DNA from: Hemiscyllium ocellatum
Taxonomy: Eukaryota
Direction: 5' to 3'
Length of the DNA: 64,000 nt
NCBI RefSeq assembly: GCF_020745735.1
Contig: NC_083409.1
Span: 10,343,534-10,407,533 of the forward strand
The translations under genes were made by a program, and so were the position numbers. The notes under the pieces were generated by a model. It had not been told where the DNA came from and ran no database searches. It saw only the letters and a list, made by a program, of their open reading frames with translations. Shown piece by piece: positions 1 through 13,735 of the stretch. Each line of letters starts with the position of its first letter. Within the stretch, counting starts at the first letter, position 1.

Positions 1-59
1 TCCTTCCACGATCACTCTTCCCGTCTTCCTTATACAACCACCTCCCCCCCCCACCCCCC

Positions 60-3000
60 GCCCCACCACCCCCCGCCCCAATACAACTGAGCCACCAGTG
101 GTGCCATAGACTTGGCTCTGGCTGCACTCCCCAGATGAACCATCATTCTCATCAGGATTCCAAACTGAATTCTGTTTGGAGAGTGGGATACACTCAGGGT
201 ATTCCTGTACTAGCTGCCTGGTCCTTTTGGACTGTCTGCTGCTCCTCCATTCCCTCTCTCCCTGCATACTCTGAAGCTGCAGAGTGACCACATCTAGAAA
301 CGTGCTCTCCACGGAGCTCTCAGCCTCACGGACGCTCCGCACTGACACCAGCTGCTGCTCAAGCTCCGAAACCCAGAGCTTCAACTGCTATCACTGACCA
401 CACTTCCTGTACTCATGGTATTCCAGGAGCTGGGAAGCATTCTGAAGTTCCCACAAGGAACAGGATGCACACGCTCTCCACTCTTTGGTTGTCTCTGGGC
501 AAAGTTCTGATGACAAACAGCTACAGCAGGGCTCACAGTCCAGTGGGTTCAGTGTTGCAGGGTTTTGGGATTACTCTCCAGAAGTCTTTAAAAAATAGGA
601 GCACAAATCAGCCATTCAGCCCATTGGATCTGCTCTGCCATTTGATCTTGGCAGATATGCTTCTCACCCCCATTCTCCTGCCTACTCCACAGGAACGTTC
701 GATCCCCTTTACAATCACAAACCTATCTATCTCTGTCTTAAATACACTCAGTGACTTGGTCTCTAGCCCACTGTAGCAATGAGTTCCACAGATTTCCCAC
801 CGTCTGGCTGAAGAAAGTCCTCCTCATCTCAGCTCGAAAGGTTGGCCCTTCATTCTGAGGTTGTGCCTTGGTTACCGAGTCTCTCCTGTTTTTAGAAACA
901 TCTTCTCTGTATCCACTCTACCCAGGTCTATCAGTATTCTGTAAATTTCAATAAGGTGCCTTTGAAGTCTAAAACCTTACCAACAACTGAGTCCTGGCTA
1001 ACTGGCCTATCATGTCCCATCTTCTACCTCCCTCCCTTCTTAAACAGGGATGGTGTGTAAGCCATTTTCCTGTCCCTTGCCCCCACCAAATCCGTCCCCA
1101 CCCCACCTCCACACCCTGACTCCATTGATTCCTGAAAGATCATCACCAATGCCTCCACAATCTCCTCAACAATCTCCTTCAGAACACACTGGTGTAGTTC
1201 ATCCAGTCTGGGTGCGTTATCCACATTCAGACCATCTAACTTCCCCAGTACCTCCTCCTTAGTGATGGCCACTGCACTCCCATCCGACCCCTGACAGTCT
1301 TGAAGTACTGGTACACTACTAGTGTTTTCCATGGTGCAGACTGATGTGAAGTATCTATTCAATTCCTCTGCTATTCCTTCATTTCCTGTTATTCTTTCTC
1401 CAGCCTCATTTCCAGTGATCCATAGTCTATTTTTGACTCCCTCTTCCTTCTTATACACCTGATAAAGCTCCTGCAATCTTCTTTTATATTACTGGCTAGA
1501 TAACTCCCACATTTCACCTTCTCCACCCTTAATGCTTTTTCAGTTATCCTCTGCAGATTTTTAAAGGCTTCCTAATCCTCTGGCCTCCCACTATTCTCCA
1601 CCACATTGTATGCCTTTTCCTTTTGTTTTTATGCTGTCCTTGACCTCCCCCATCAGCCATGGTTGCCTTGTCCTCCCCCTGGTATGTTTCTTCTTTTTTG
1701 GGATGAGTTCCTGTTCTGCTTCCTGAATTACCCCCAGAAACCCTGCTGTTTGCTGTCCCACCATTATACCTGCTCGAGTCCCCTTCCAACCAACTCTGGC
1801 CAGCTCCTTCCTCATGTCTTTGGAGTTACCTTTACTCAATTGAAACACTGTTCAATCTGATTACAGCTTCTCTCTCAAACTACAGGGAGAATTCTATTGC
1901 ATTATTGTCACATATCCATCGGGATACTTTCACCTTAAACTCACGAGTCAAGTTTGCCTCAATACACATCACCGAATCTAGACCTGCCTGTTCCATAATG
2001 GCTCAACCACAAGCTGCTCCAAAAACCATCTCATTGACATTCTATGAAATCCTTTCCTTGAGACGCGCTACCCAGTCCATCTATTCATTGAAGTCTGCCC
2101 TGACATTTTGTATACGGCTTCTCTGTCTCCTGATTGATTTCCTTCCCCACACCCTGATTACTGCTTGGAGACCTGGACATAACTTGCATCAGATTCTTTA
2201 TTTTTTGCAGTTCCTCAACTCTACCCACCCAGATTCTACACCTTCTGACTCTATATCACTTCTTGCGATTGATTTAATTTCATTTCTCACGAACAAGGCA
2301 ACTCTTCCCCCTCTGCCCATCTGCCTCTCTTTTTGATAGGACATGTAACCTTGGATATTTAGTTCCCGGCCCGAATTCCCTTTCAGCCATGTCCCTGTGA
2401 TACCCACAACATTGTACCTGCCAGTTTCAATCTGCACTACAAGCTCATTGTGTATATTGTGTGCATTAAAGTACAACACCCTCAGTCCTGCATTGACTGC
2501 CCTCCTTCTCATCATTGTCCCCTTACCTGCTGTGATTTATGTTCAATTCCTGATCCTTTCTGTACTCTTTCCTTTTCCATCTTCTAGAAACTTGAATAAC
2601 CTTTCCTGAGCCCTCCTCCACTTTAACTGGTTTAAATTCCTTAGAAACTCAATTTACCTCAATTTGTGGTATCACTTTGTCTCCCATACTCGGAATGCTT
2701 CGTGCATTTAGATACAAAGTCTTTAAGTTTGTTCTATTATTGGTCCATGCTGACCAGATATCCAAAATTAATCTAGTCCCATTTGCCAGCATTTGACCCA
2801 TATCCCTCTAAACTCTTCCTATTTACATACCCATGCCTTTTAAATGTTATAATTGTTTCACCACGTCCTCTGGCAGCTCATTCCATACATTTAACATCCT
2901 CGGAATGAAAACGTTGTCCCTTAGGTCCCTTTTAAATCTTTCCCCTGTCACCTTCAGCCTATGCCCTCCAGTTCTGGACTCCCCTGCTCTGGAGAAAAGA

Positions 3001-3370
3001 TCTTCTCTATTCACCCTATCTATGCCGCTCATGATTTTATAAACCTCTATACGGTCACCCATCAACCTGCAATGATCCAGGGAAAACAGCCTCAGCCTAT
3101 TCAGCCTCTCCAATTCGCACTAACCCTCCAACCTTGGCAACATCCTTGTAAATCATTTCTGGATCATTTTAAGGTTCACAACATTTTTTCTCCAGCAAGG
3201 AGAACTGAATTGCACACAGTAATCCAAAAGTGCCCTAACCAATGTCCTGTACAGCCGCAACAGCTCCCAACTCCAATAATCAATGCACTGCCTAATAAAG
3301 GAAAGCAAACTAAATGACTTCATCACTCCCCTACCTACCTGCAACTTCATCTTCAAGGACCTATTCTCCA
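60..3370 (-). mobile_element. Mosaic of decayed CR1 LINE fragments
   Basis: Translated fragments include LRVLYFNAHNI..YNVVGITGTWL (APE endonuclease), LNVDNAPRLDELH..LKE (RT N-terminus) and LERLNRLRLFSL..GDRIEVYKIM (CR1 ORF2 C-terminus). All are frameshifted. Confidence 0.85.
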
Positions 3371-3394
3371 TTTTTTGGACGAACTGAGAGTCTT

Positions 3395-3620
3395 TCAGTT
3401 GTGAAAGATGCCATTCCATAGCACTATTGGATGAAGAGCAGGCAGTTCCCCCTGGTGTCCCTGGTCAATATTTATCCCCCAGTCAAAATCACTCAGAATG
3501 TATTTCTCTGCTAATTATCACATGGGGTTTGGGATCTCGCTGTGCACAGTCTGCTGGAAAGATCCAGTGGGGCATCCTGAGTTGGGGTGCTACACAAATA
3601 CAAGTCTTTCTTGAAGGTTG
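3395..3620 (+). mobile_element. Deu-domain (SacSINE1/AmnSINE-like) SINE fragment
   Basis: The stretch gcactattggatgaagagcaggcagttccccctggtgtccctggtcaatatttatccc resembles the Deu core from memory, and a similar copy lies at ~36090-36230. Confidence 0.55.
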
Positions 3621-3809
3621 GAGTCTCCTGATCAGGATCCTCATCCATTGTCTGTGCACTCTCACCTTCCAGGAGTCATGGGGTCATTAGGAGCAGTGAC
3701 CCTGTCTGACCCTAGGACACTGAGACTTTTTGCAGCCTCACCCTTGATCTCAGCCCAGCAGTGTGCAGCAAGGTTTGAAATATAATCTAGAACCTTCTAC
3801 ACAGACACC

Positions 3810-4317
3810 CAATGTGACTCTTTCCTGAAGTGCGTGGATCCGAGTCTGCTCCAATGTTCTCAGACAAAGTTCTCCTGAGGTTTGGATGTTAAAGCAAATC
3901 ATTGCGACAGTGTCGACGGAGCTTTACGCTGTGTCAAACCCCATGCTGTCCCTGTTCTGGGAGTCTTTGGTGGGTCAGAATTGACTTGTGATGCCAAGTA
4001 AAATCTCTTGAATTTGCTGAAGACTGTCAGCTGTACAAAACAATGTGAACCTCAGAATTCTCTGCTTCAGTAAACCAGATCTCCTTCCTGCTTAGCTGTC
4101 AGTTCCAATTTAAGGTTTTGTCACTGTTTGAAGGGACAGGATTCTCATGTTATTGAGCAATTCTCCACAAATGTTTTCCTCAAGCTCCATTGTGGCTGTG
4201 AATTTAAGCAGCTTCGTCTGTCTGGGCTGTTAATTGCAGTTTTTTTTCTGTCAATGTGAATGTGGAAAAGGGAATAAAGATGAAGATTCAGTCTCTGTCT
4301 CTGTGTGCTTTGGAAAT
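3810..4317 (+). pseudogene. Orphan Ig kappa C 3'UTR/polyA region (remnant W), plus strand
   Basis: It is the reverse complement of 38060-38560, e.g. gggaataaagatgaagattcagtctctgtctctgtgtgctttggaa and aacaatgtgaacctcagaa. Identity is roughly 80% by eye. No C exon is visible immediately upstream. Confidence 0.85.
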
Positions 4318-4677
4318 AGATGACCTTCCCCGACCCCAGTTGATTGGCTGCATTTCAACAGGTCGTTGTCAAGATTGGCTGGTTGGCCTGTCAATCAATT
4401 ACAATCATTAATCATTTTCATCTGGTCCCTTTGGTCAGGAATTTATGTAGATTACAAGATTCCAAAAAGAACAGAAACTGAAAGCTGTTAGGACTCAATA
4501 AGTACAATCTGATGCATTCCCTCTTCACTCTGTTGGTCCAGGCCCAGCTGATGGGATCGCACTGTGCAATCTCTGCTGCATGTTGGGTAGCTGCTGAAGC
4601 AATCTTCGGCCAATCACTGACTTTGTCAGCTGTGTCTCCCTGAAGTAAAAACAAGGACTGCAGATGCTAGAAACCAG

Positions 4678-4881
4678 ATTCTAGATTAGAGTGGTACTGG
4701 AAAAGCACAGCAGTTCAGGCAGCATCTGAGGAGCAGGAAAATCAACATTTCGGGCAAAAGCCCTTCATCAGGAAAAGAGCTCTATTCTTGATGAAGGGCT
4801 TTTGCCCAAAATGTCGATTTTCCTGCTCCTCAGATGCTGCCTGAACTGCTGTGTTTTTCCAGCACCACTCTAATCTGGAAT
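4678..4881. mobile_element. Fold-back Penelope-like terminal-repeat insertion (97-bp inverted arms, 10-nt loop)
   Basis: 4678-4774 is the reverse complement of 4785-4881 with few mismatches. It belongs to the same family as the terminal repeats of the GIY-YIG element at 23375-24605. Confidence 0.8.
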
Positions 4882-6244
4882 GTGTGCCTCTCTGAGTGTG
4901 AGTTTAACTTAATGCTGCTTGGAGGGGTCTCTCTCAGTGTGGATTTGTTACACAGAGAGACACCCACAGGCAGCGTTCAGTAATGCACCCACATTCGGAG
5001 ACACCTGTCTACGCATGGAGTGTGATCATGGTCCTCAGTGCTACCTGTCTCACAGAGTGAGTGTGTTACTCTTTGCTGTCCGTAGGTGTCTCTCTGAGGT
5101 ATGTGTCTCCGAGCGATGGATTGAGAATGGGCTTTGTGCTGGGGATTGAAGATTAGGCTTTAATCTTCTCAAATCATGAATGGAAAACAATTCAGCTGAT
5201 TCAGTCTGAGATGGCAGCTCATTCAGATGGCCGAAGTTAAAAAATCCAACAACTCCAGGTGATAGTTAAACAGGTTTATTTGTAAGTAGAAGCATTCAGA
5301 GCACTGTTTCTTCATTAGGTAGCTGGAGGGGCAGGATCATTGGACACAGAATTTATTGTAAATTGAGATGGCAGCTGAGAAAGGTGAATACTGAGAATGT
5401 ATTCTCAGTAAGGGAGGGATTTCAGAGGCAGTGGGCACTGTGCTCCCTAATGCAGAAATGTCGATTTTCCTGCTCCTCAGATGCTGCCTGACCTGCTGTG
5501 CTTTTCCAGCACTACTCTAATCTAGACTGTGCTCCCTAATGTGTTGCCCAATTACACCGGGACTTTCTGAATCCAGGGTCAATCGTGGCTGCCTGCCCAA
5601 CCAATGCTGGCTCCCCATAGTCATATTTCAGTGGTTAATTAACCCAAAACAAGGTGCAGCAATATTACCTTCCAGGGAGGGGAGCTGTCTGAGGGAGGGA
5701 GGTTGAATTCTTGCAGCCCCAAGAGAGGTTGCGGTGGATTAATGACAGGTATGACCACCATGAAGGTACCACTTTCTCTCCCCCTGCCCCAGCTGTGATG
5801 ACCCTCAGGTTAAAAGTGTGACTGCTCTGGGATGATGACCACATTCCTGGGTGATGGAGGGAAGGCCAACCTCTCCCAAAGGCAGCACAAGCTGGATCAA
5901 AGGTGAAACAAGAGTAAGCATGGGGAGATTGAGGGTGACAGAAGGAGGGGGTTGGTTGGCAAGTTGTTATTCAGAGTCAGGTCCCAGAGTATCAGTCCTT
6001 CTGACATTCCCCTTTCTATCTGTCAGCCAGAGCTCCCTGACTGGACAAATTTAACTGGCCCTGTCAGAGAACTCATATTTTATCAAAAAGAATAAAACAT
6101 TTATTGAACAAGGAGCTCAAGAGCTAAATGACACGAGACAAAATGAATGGTTTGAAAGGTTTCATTATGGACACTGCAAATGGAATTTGGAGAAGAAATT
6201 TTTTCACTCCACGGGTGGTGGGAATCTGGAATGGACTGTCATAA

Positions 6245-6540
6245 AATCCCTACAGTGAGGAAACAGGCCATTTGGCCCAACATTCCACACTGACCCTTGG
6301 AAGAGTAACCTACCCAAGATCCAATCCTCTATCTTATTACTCTGCTTTTTCCCTGACTGATGAGCCGAACCTACACATCCCTGACCACTGTGGGCAATTT
6401 AGCACAGCCAATTAACCTAACCTGCACATCTTTAGATTGTGGGAGGAAACCAGAGCACCCAGAGGAAACCTACGCAGACACTTGGAGAATGTGCAAATTC
6501 CACACATACAGTTGCCTGAGGCTGGAATTGAACCTGACTT
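6245..6540 (-). mobile_element. HE1-type tRNA-derived SINE
   Basis: It carries the characteristic body ctttagattgtgggaggaaaccagagcacccagaggaaacctacgcagacac, shared with several other copies in the window. Confidence 0.85.
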
Positions 6541-9310
6541 CGCTCCAACCTCTGCCTCCACTTCTGGCCCCACCCACTCTGCAACCAAGACTACGACTTC
6601 AATTCCCAGAGTCCCCCTGAGTCCAACTGCCTACCTGCAGCCAGCCAGCACACTCGCTCTCCCTCCTCACCCATACACCCCCACAGTGCACCCTATCCCT
6701 CCACTTCTCCATCTTCACCTCATCCCCACCTTTCCACTCCCACACCTCACTCCACAAACCACATCCGCCCCAATCTCCTTTCTCTCCCACACCCATTCTC
6801 TCCAATTCCTATCACCCTTGCCCCCTCCCCTCCTTCAGCCATCTCGGACCCCCCTGAAAACCTCGTCCCCCACCCTGAGCCTTGCCCCTTATTTACTATC
6901 CCCCCACGGCCTCGACCACTCTGAGGCCAAAAGGTCCATCCTGAGAAAAGGGCTCACATTCATTCCCCACCTCAAAAAATCCCGCACCCACCACGATGCG
7001 GAGCTCTTCTTCCACCACCTCTACCTCCGTGTCTTCTTCTTTAACAAAAACTCCCAACCTCCTTCTGAGGACCCCTTCTCCCACTTCCAACCTTCCTCCT
7101 CCACTTGGTCACCGCCCCCCCACCACCAGCTGTGTACACACCTTAGAGCTCTTCATTGCTGACCACTGATGTGACATCAGCCGCCTCAATTTCTCCACCC
7201 CCTCACCCTCTCCAACGATCCCTCCTCCAAACGTGCAGCCCTCCACTCTCTCCGTACCAACCCCTGGTTCACCATCAAACCCACTGACAAAGGCGGTAGT
7301 CTGGGGAACGGACCTCTATGTCACAGAGGCCGAACCCCAACTCTCTGACACCACGTCCTACCTCCCCCTTGCCCATGACCCCACCGTGACCCATCAGGCC
7401 AAGATCATTCACACTGTCTCTGCCCCCATTGCCTCCAATGATCTCCCCTCCACTGTCTCCAATCTCATAGTCCCCCAGCCCTGCACTGCCCAGTTCTACC
7501 TGCTCCCCAAGATCCACAAACCCAACTACACTGGCCGACCCATCATCTCAACATGCTCCTGCCCCACCGAACTCCTCTCATCCTACCTCAACTCCATCCT
7601 CTCCTCCTTGGTTCAGGCACTTCCCACCTACATCCGTGACATCAACCATGCCATCCATCTCTTCAGTAACCTTCAGTTCCCAGGCCTCCAGCACTTTACC
7701 TTCACTATGGACAGTCCTTATATACATCCATACCCAACAAGATCAGCCTCCTGGCCCTCTCTTTTTTTCTCTCCAACAGATCCATCCACTCCCCCTCCAC
7801 CAATACCCTCCTCCATCTGGCCGAACTGGCCCTCACCCTCAACAACTTTTCCTTTAACTCCTCCCAGTTCCTCTAAATCCAGGGGTGGCTATGAGTACCT
7901 GGATGGGCCCCAGCTCCCCCTGCCCCTTTATTGGCTATGCCGAACAGTCCCTCTTCAGTGCCTACACAGGCACTGTGCCCCAGCTCTGCTACCATTACAT
8001 CGATGACTGCGTTGGTGCAGTGGCCTGCACCCAGGCTGAACTGGAGCAGTTCATCGTCTTCGCCCACAACTTCCACCCTACCCTCAAGTTCACTTGGTCC
8101 ACCTCGGACACCTCCCTCCCCTTTATTGACCTCTCCATTCCCATCTCCAGTGACCGTGTTCAGATAGACATTTACTGCAAACTCATTATTACCCGGAATA
8201 TACATTCTCCCACCCAGTATCCAGCAAGAACTCCATCCCATTCTTCCAATTCCTCGGCCTCTGCTCTATCTGCTCGGATGAGGAGACATTCCACTCCCAA
8301 GTATTCCAGATGTCCACCTATTTCAAACAACATGCTTTTGCTCCCTCTGTCATCCATCGCACCACCTCCATTTCCCGTTCCATTGCTCTAAACCCACCCC
8401 CCTCCAAACAGAATAAAGACAGAGTGCCCATTGTCCTCACCTATCACCCAAACCAATCTCTGTATCCAACACATCATCCTATCCTGCCAACCCCAAACCC
8501 CACCACCAAGAATGTCTTCCTCACCATACCCCTGTCTGCCTTCCACAAGGACTGTTCTCTTTGACAATTCTTGGTTTGCACCACTCTCTCCACCATCTCT
8601 CCTGAACCCCTCGGTACCTTCCCCTGCAAACGGAAATGATGCAAAGCTTGCTGGTACACCAACCCCAGCACCTCCATCCAGGGCCCCAAACAGTCCTTCC
8701 AGGTGAGACAGACGTTCACCTGCCTCTCCTCCAACCTAGTTTACTGCATCAGGTGCCTGCGATGTGGTCTTCTCTACATCTGGAAGACCAAACATAAACT
8801 TAGGCAGTGGTTGGCCGTGCATCTCAGCTGGGTCTGTAGGGGTCGACCAGACCTCCCAGTCACCACCCATTTTAATTCCCCTTCCCACTCCCTTTCCACC
8901 ATGACCATCTTTGGCCTCTTCCATTGCCACAATGAACCAAATCGCAAATTGGAGGAACAATACCTCATCTTCCGCCTGGGCAGCCTACAGGCCAGAGGAT
9001 TCAACACTGAGTTCTCCAATTTCAAATACCCTCCCTTCCCATTCCCTGACTCCCTCCCCAATCCCTCCCATCTCTTCCACTCCTCTCTGCCACCAAACAG
9101 ATTCATTCCTTCCATTGACAAACCAGGTCGTGTCCTCTGCCTGTCTTCATCTATCCCCATTCTCCACCCTGCCCCCGCCACCCCCTTTATCTGCAGCTCT
9201 GCCTACACTCACCGCCATTCCTGAAGAAGGGTTACACCCAAAACATCAACTTCTTCACCGCCTGATGCTGCCTGGCTTGCTGTGTTTCTCCAGCCGCCTG
9301 CCTGCCATTG
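6540..9310 (+). mobile_element. Near-complete but frameshifted Penelope-like retroelement (RT + GIY-YIG)
   Basis: Translated motifs: FYLLPKIHKPNYTGRPIISTCSCPTE, FTMD, YIDDC (RT catalytic motif) and NLVYCIRCLRCGLLYIWKTKHKL (GIY-YIG). A terminal repeat sits at ~9215-9305. Confidence 0.9.
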
Positions 9311-10092
9311 AATGTAACCAACAGGAAAGGGCTGGACAATCAAGTGTCAGGGCCATCAACAAATGGGAATGGGACACACTACAGATAGATGCATTGAGTC
9401 AGTCAATCACAAAGAGGTGACCAAACTGAAAATGAAACACTCATACACAGTGGACGGAATTTAATATCAGAAAGTGTGAGACCATGCACTTTGTTCGGAA
9501 TAATCGAAAGGCCGACTATTATTTAAATAGTGAGAGATTTCAACAAGGATTCCAATTGCATATTTCCTGTAGCAGTAGATCCATTGAAGATCACATTTTC
9601 ATTTGGAGTTTGCCCAAGTTTCTGTCCAGGCTGATGCAGCATGGTCTACCAGTGCTGCTCCTATTGGGCTAAACACACGAGGGAATCTGATGGGCACTTT
9701 CTCTTTGTGATGGCAAAGGGAGAGATTTGGTTTTACTGCGATGGTGGCCAGAGAAATTAGGCAGTGGATGTAGTTCCAGCTGAGCAGAATGTTCTGATGT
9801 TCATGATGGGATTAACCTCGACAGTTCCCACTTGCCTTTACACTGACAGTGGGGCAGGAAGTCAGTGCTGACACCATCTACATGTTTCACAGAATGAACA
9901 AACAGCACACACTGTGAAGACAAGCAAAAGTCCCATCAAAGTACTTTTCTTATCACAGGGGACATTTTCATTGTGGTGCCCTCAGTACCCTACTTCTAAA
10001 GTTGCACTGTCTCTCTATGGGTCTCTGCAGATTGAGCCTGTCAGCTCCAAGCAGAGTCCCACTTTACGTTTTACTGATCAGGGACAGTGAAG

Positions 10093-10110
10093 CAGCTGCC
10101 CTCTAGTGGC
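10093..10110 (-). promoter_or_regulatory. CTCF-like motif GCCACTAGAGGGCAGCTG (reverse orientation)
   Basis: It matches the CTCF core CCASYAGRKGGC and is identical over 18 nt to the paralogous site at 25940-25957. Confidence 0.7.
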
Positions 10111-12954
10111 GAGAGAGCGCTTGCACGGCTGCTGAGGATTATGGGTCCCCTTCCATTCGCGCCCACACAAACCAGCAGCCACTTCAGCTGCTTTATTGAA
10201 AACCACAAGCTTTCAAGGCACTGTTCTTTCAACGGTGGAACTGGACACACGATCAAATGAGTTAGGGGCAGAGGAAGGAGATTCATCCTCTTGAGCCTGC
10301 TCCCCATGGCTGACCTGATTATTCCACATTCTTGCCTTACTCTGATAAATTCTTGAAAACAATGGCTATCTACTTCTTCACTACAAGCATTCAGAGGTTT
10401 CATTTCTATGTTTGATGAACAGTCCCAAAGATCTATGACCTTATGCAAGAAACAAAAACCTGCTTATCTCGGTCTTCTATGAGGGAACTTGTTTTAATTT
10501 GATATTCTCCCCGAAAAGGAAACATGCTTTTCACATCCACGCTGTATTCTATGTTCATGTTGATATGGCATCTGCTTTAATCAGCTGCTCTCTCATGAGA
10601 ACAGCAGCCTATCCTGCCACCTTCAGTGACTGATGCACAGAAACATCCAGGTCCTATCGCTCCTACACCCATCCATACTTGTACCCTTTAGTTTGTTTTG
10701 TCTCTCCACGTTTTCCTTCCAAAATGAATCAGTGACATCTATTTCCATTAAGTTGTTTCTACAGCCATCTGCTCATTCCATTAACTTATCTACATCCTTT
10801 TTGAAGTTAGACACTATCTTCTTCATCAGCCGTAATACATTCAAGTTTCATACCATCAGCAAAGTTTGAAGTTATGCCTTGTACACTCAGGTTAACATAG
10901 ATTTAAATATTTTAAATATGTTTTTTAAAAATGAACTATCTGATAAACTATTGTAAATTAAACCTCAAATTTATTGCCCATCTCTAGTTACTCGGACTGA
11001 GTTCTGAGCCAGATTATGGGGCCTTTAAGAATGAATCGTGTCACTGTGGGACTGGAGTCACAGACCGGGTGATGACTGGGTCCCCTTGTCCAAACTCCAT
11101 TCATGAACATGACATTGAGTTTCCTGGGTTTTTTTGTTCAGATCCCAGCGCTTTCCTTCCCAGATATTACATGGCTTACCACTGCCCCCTCCAGGACAAT
11201 TAGGAAAGGGCAACAAATAGCAGCCATTTTTGTTCCTGCCCATACCAGGAGAAATCAAAATAAATGAAATACTCTTCAAATGATCAAAGTGGTGAGGCTT
11301 GAATTCATCTTTTTGGAAGACTTGAGGCTAGGCTGGAAATAGAGCCATGACATGGGTGAACCTGGTTTGTCAGACTGAAAGGTGGAGTGTCCTTCAGATT
11401 GACGCTGGGATCAGACACAAAATGAATTACACTCAAAGACCGAACACACGGCTATCAAAGTGGGTCACCAAACTGCAAAGAGCAGCAATTTATCTCGGAG
11501 ACCTCAACTGGTAACAGTGGGTGTAAGAGCATTAGGCAGGCAAGTGTCAGATATTGTTGAACACAGCAGAAACACAGTCACACAGAAAGGGAAGCTATTG
11601 GGATAGAGCAGGGAAACGGGAATTACTGAATTTCTCCACTGACAGCTGGAAGGGGTTTTCTCAGTTGCAACTCCTCTGAGAATGATAAAAGTTGAAGGGC
11701 CGTTTATATTATAAACAACACTGTAGCGCGCAAGAAAGGATGTGGAGTGACAGATCTCCTCTAAATTGGAAACAATATCAGAAATAAAGGTCAATGTGAT
11801 TTTGGATTGAATACTGAGAGTGAGGAGATGGAGGGGAGAGTGACCATGGCAGCTGTCCTGAAGAATGGTTAGGTCATGGCTAGAATATGGTGCACAGTTA
11901 GGGGCTGCTTTGAGGGACAATACATTATGGGTAATGGACAGGGGATCAAGGGTCACAAGAGATGTGCAGGATAGCAAATGGAAAATGCATGGTTACAGGG
12001 ATAAGGTAGGGGAGGTGTGGGTCTAGGTGGGATGGTCTTCAAGGGTCGGTACGAGCTTGGTGGGCTGTGTGGCCTGTTTCCACCCAGCAGGAATTCCTCA
12101 ATTCTGTGATTCTGTGAAGGCCAGAACATGATCTCGAAAGTGGAGGGAGGGAATTCTGATGTTCAAAAATTTTTAAACAAATAAACACAGTAACCGTAGA
12201 TTTATCATCAGTGCAGACAAACTGAAAGGTAAAATGACTTATTCTCCAGTTATATACCAGGTACAGAAAAGGTATCAGGAAAAATGTTTTGATGCAGTTA
12301 TTGGAACATAATGATGAATGATGATAAACATAGTGCTTCATTCAAAAAAAGACAGAATTACTTTTTAGAATTTCAACAGGCCTGAAGCAAAAGAGGAAAT
12401 CAGGATCAAATAATCATTTGCAAATATAGTACTTGAGTGAGACAAGATCCTTCGTGTGAAAACATTTCATTTGGCCTTGCTTTCTCTCCATGGATGCTGC
12501 CTGACCCGCTGGGATCTCCATTCTTCTCCATTCTTTGGCTGCGCTATTTCTTACAAATTGTCTTGTTGTGTGCAAGACAAAAGCTTTGACAAAATGTCTC
12601 TGTTTTTCAGGAACACTTGAATTTGGATCAGTTTGGAGAGAAAGCAGGGCCATGGAATCATCTTTCCCTGCAGGGAGGGAGGGAGTGTGTGTGGAATCTC
12701 CCATGGGCAGGGTTCTCCTGGCTGCCACCATATGAGGAAGGCTGGAGCTTGATGATCGAGCTGAATGGACAGGGCTCACTCTCACAGTCCTCAGGGCCAT
12801 GGAGCCTCTTGTGATGGGAGCATCTGCTTGGTGTCGAGGGCAAACAATGACATTGCAGTAGAATTGGAAATGGGACAACTTGACAATGGATGCTGCACAA
12901 TGACTGCACTGCCTCTTCCTCTCTGCCTGATCCCTCCCCACACACAGCAGAAGG

Positions 12955-13735
12955 TGCATTAGGAACCTGTTCTAAAGGGCTACACAACACTGCAGCACTC
13001 CCGAGCTGCAAAGAGAAGAACATTTATACAAAGACTTTGCCAAGAACGGATATTCCTGCAACTTCATCCACAGATGCCTAACAGACAAACAACGTGATGA
13101 GAACATGCCACGACCTAACACACTAGCCACGCTACCTTATATAAAAACATCACAGTACTGACAGCTAGACTTCTCCAACCATTCATAAACTGCCCAGAAA
13201 CTGACAGCCACGCTCAGACAACAACTCATGAGAACAAAAGGCCCAATACCCACTGTGTGAAAGACAGATGTAATTTACAAGAATCCATGCAACGTTTTGC
13301 ACGAAACACCTCGGACAAACAGCCAGACAACTAGCCATCCACATCCATGAACACCAACGAGCCACTAAACCCCATGAGCAGCTGTCCCGAGTAGCTATAC
13401 ACACAGATGACAAGGACCACGAATTCGATTGGGCCAACACTATGATCATAGGACAAGCTCAACAGAGGGCAGCCAGAGAATTTCTAGAGGCATGACACTT
13501 ATCCATGGGCTCCATCAATAAACATATTGACCTAGACCCAGTACACTGACCACTGCAACGAACATCAGGAACCAGTAACTGAAAACAGCAAGAAAGGAAC
13601 CAAATAAATTCCAGAAGACACAGGACAACAGCGCATCACAGGAAGCTCCAAAGCTCTGAAGATGTCAACGACATAGGGGACAAAATGTCTACAAATCAAC
13701 TTCCCAGCTCAGCGAGCATACCCATAACTACAGCA
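12955..13735 (+). mobile_element. Penelope-like element 3' fragment, second family
   Basis: The decayed ORF end shows ATLPYIK, GQTARQLAIHIHEHQRA and HEFDWANTMIIGQA in shifting frames. The terminal repeat is related to 21499-21728. Confidence 0.75.

Noticed and set aside
3700-3780. Faint resemblance to the C-exon end (C-S-L-T....P...S-K) upstream of remnant W
   Set aside because: There are only ~23/42 nucleotide matches, lower than the adjacent UTR identity, and the spacing to the UTR is off by ~70 nt. It is probably chance and is not called as a C pseudo-exon.
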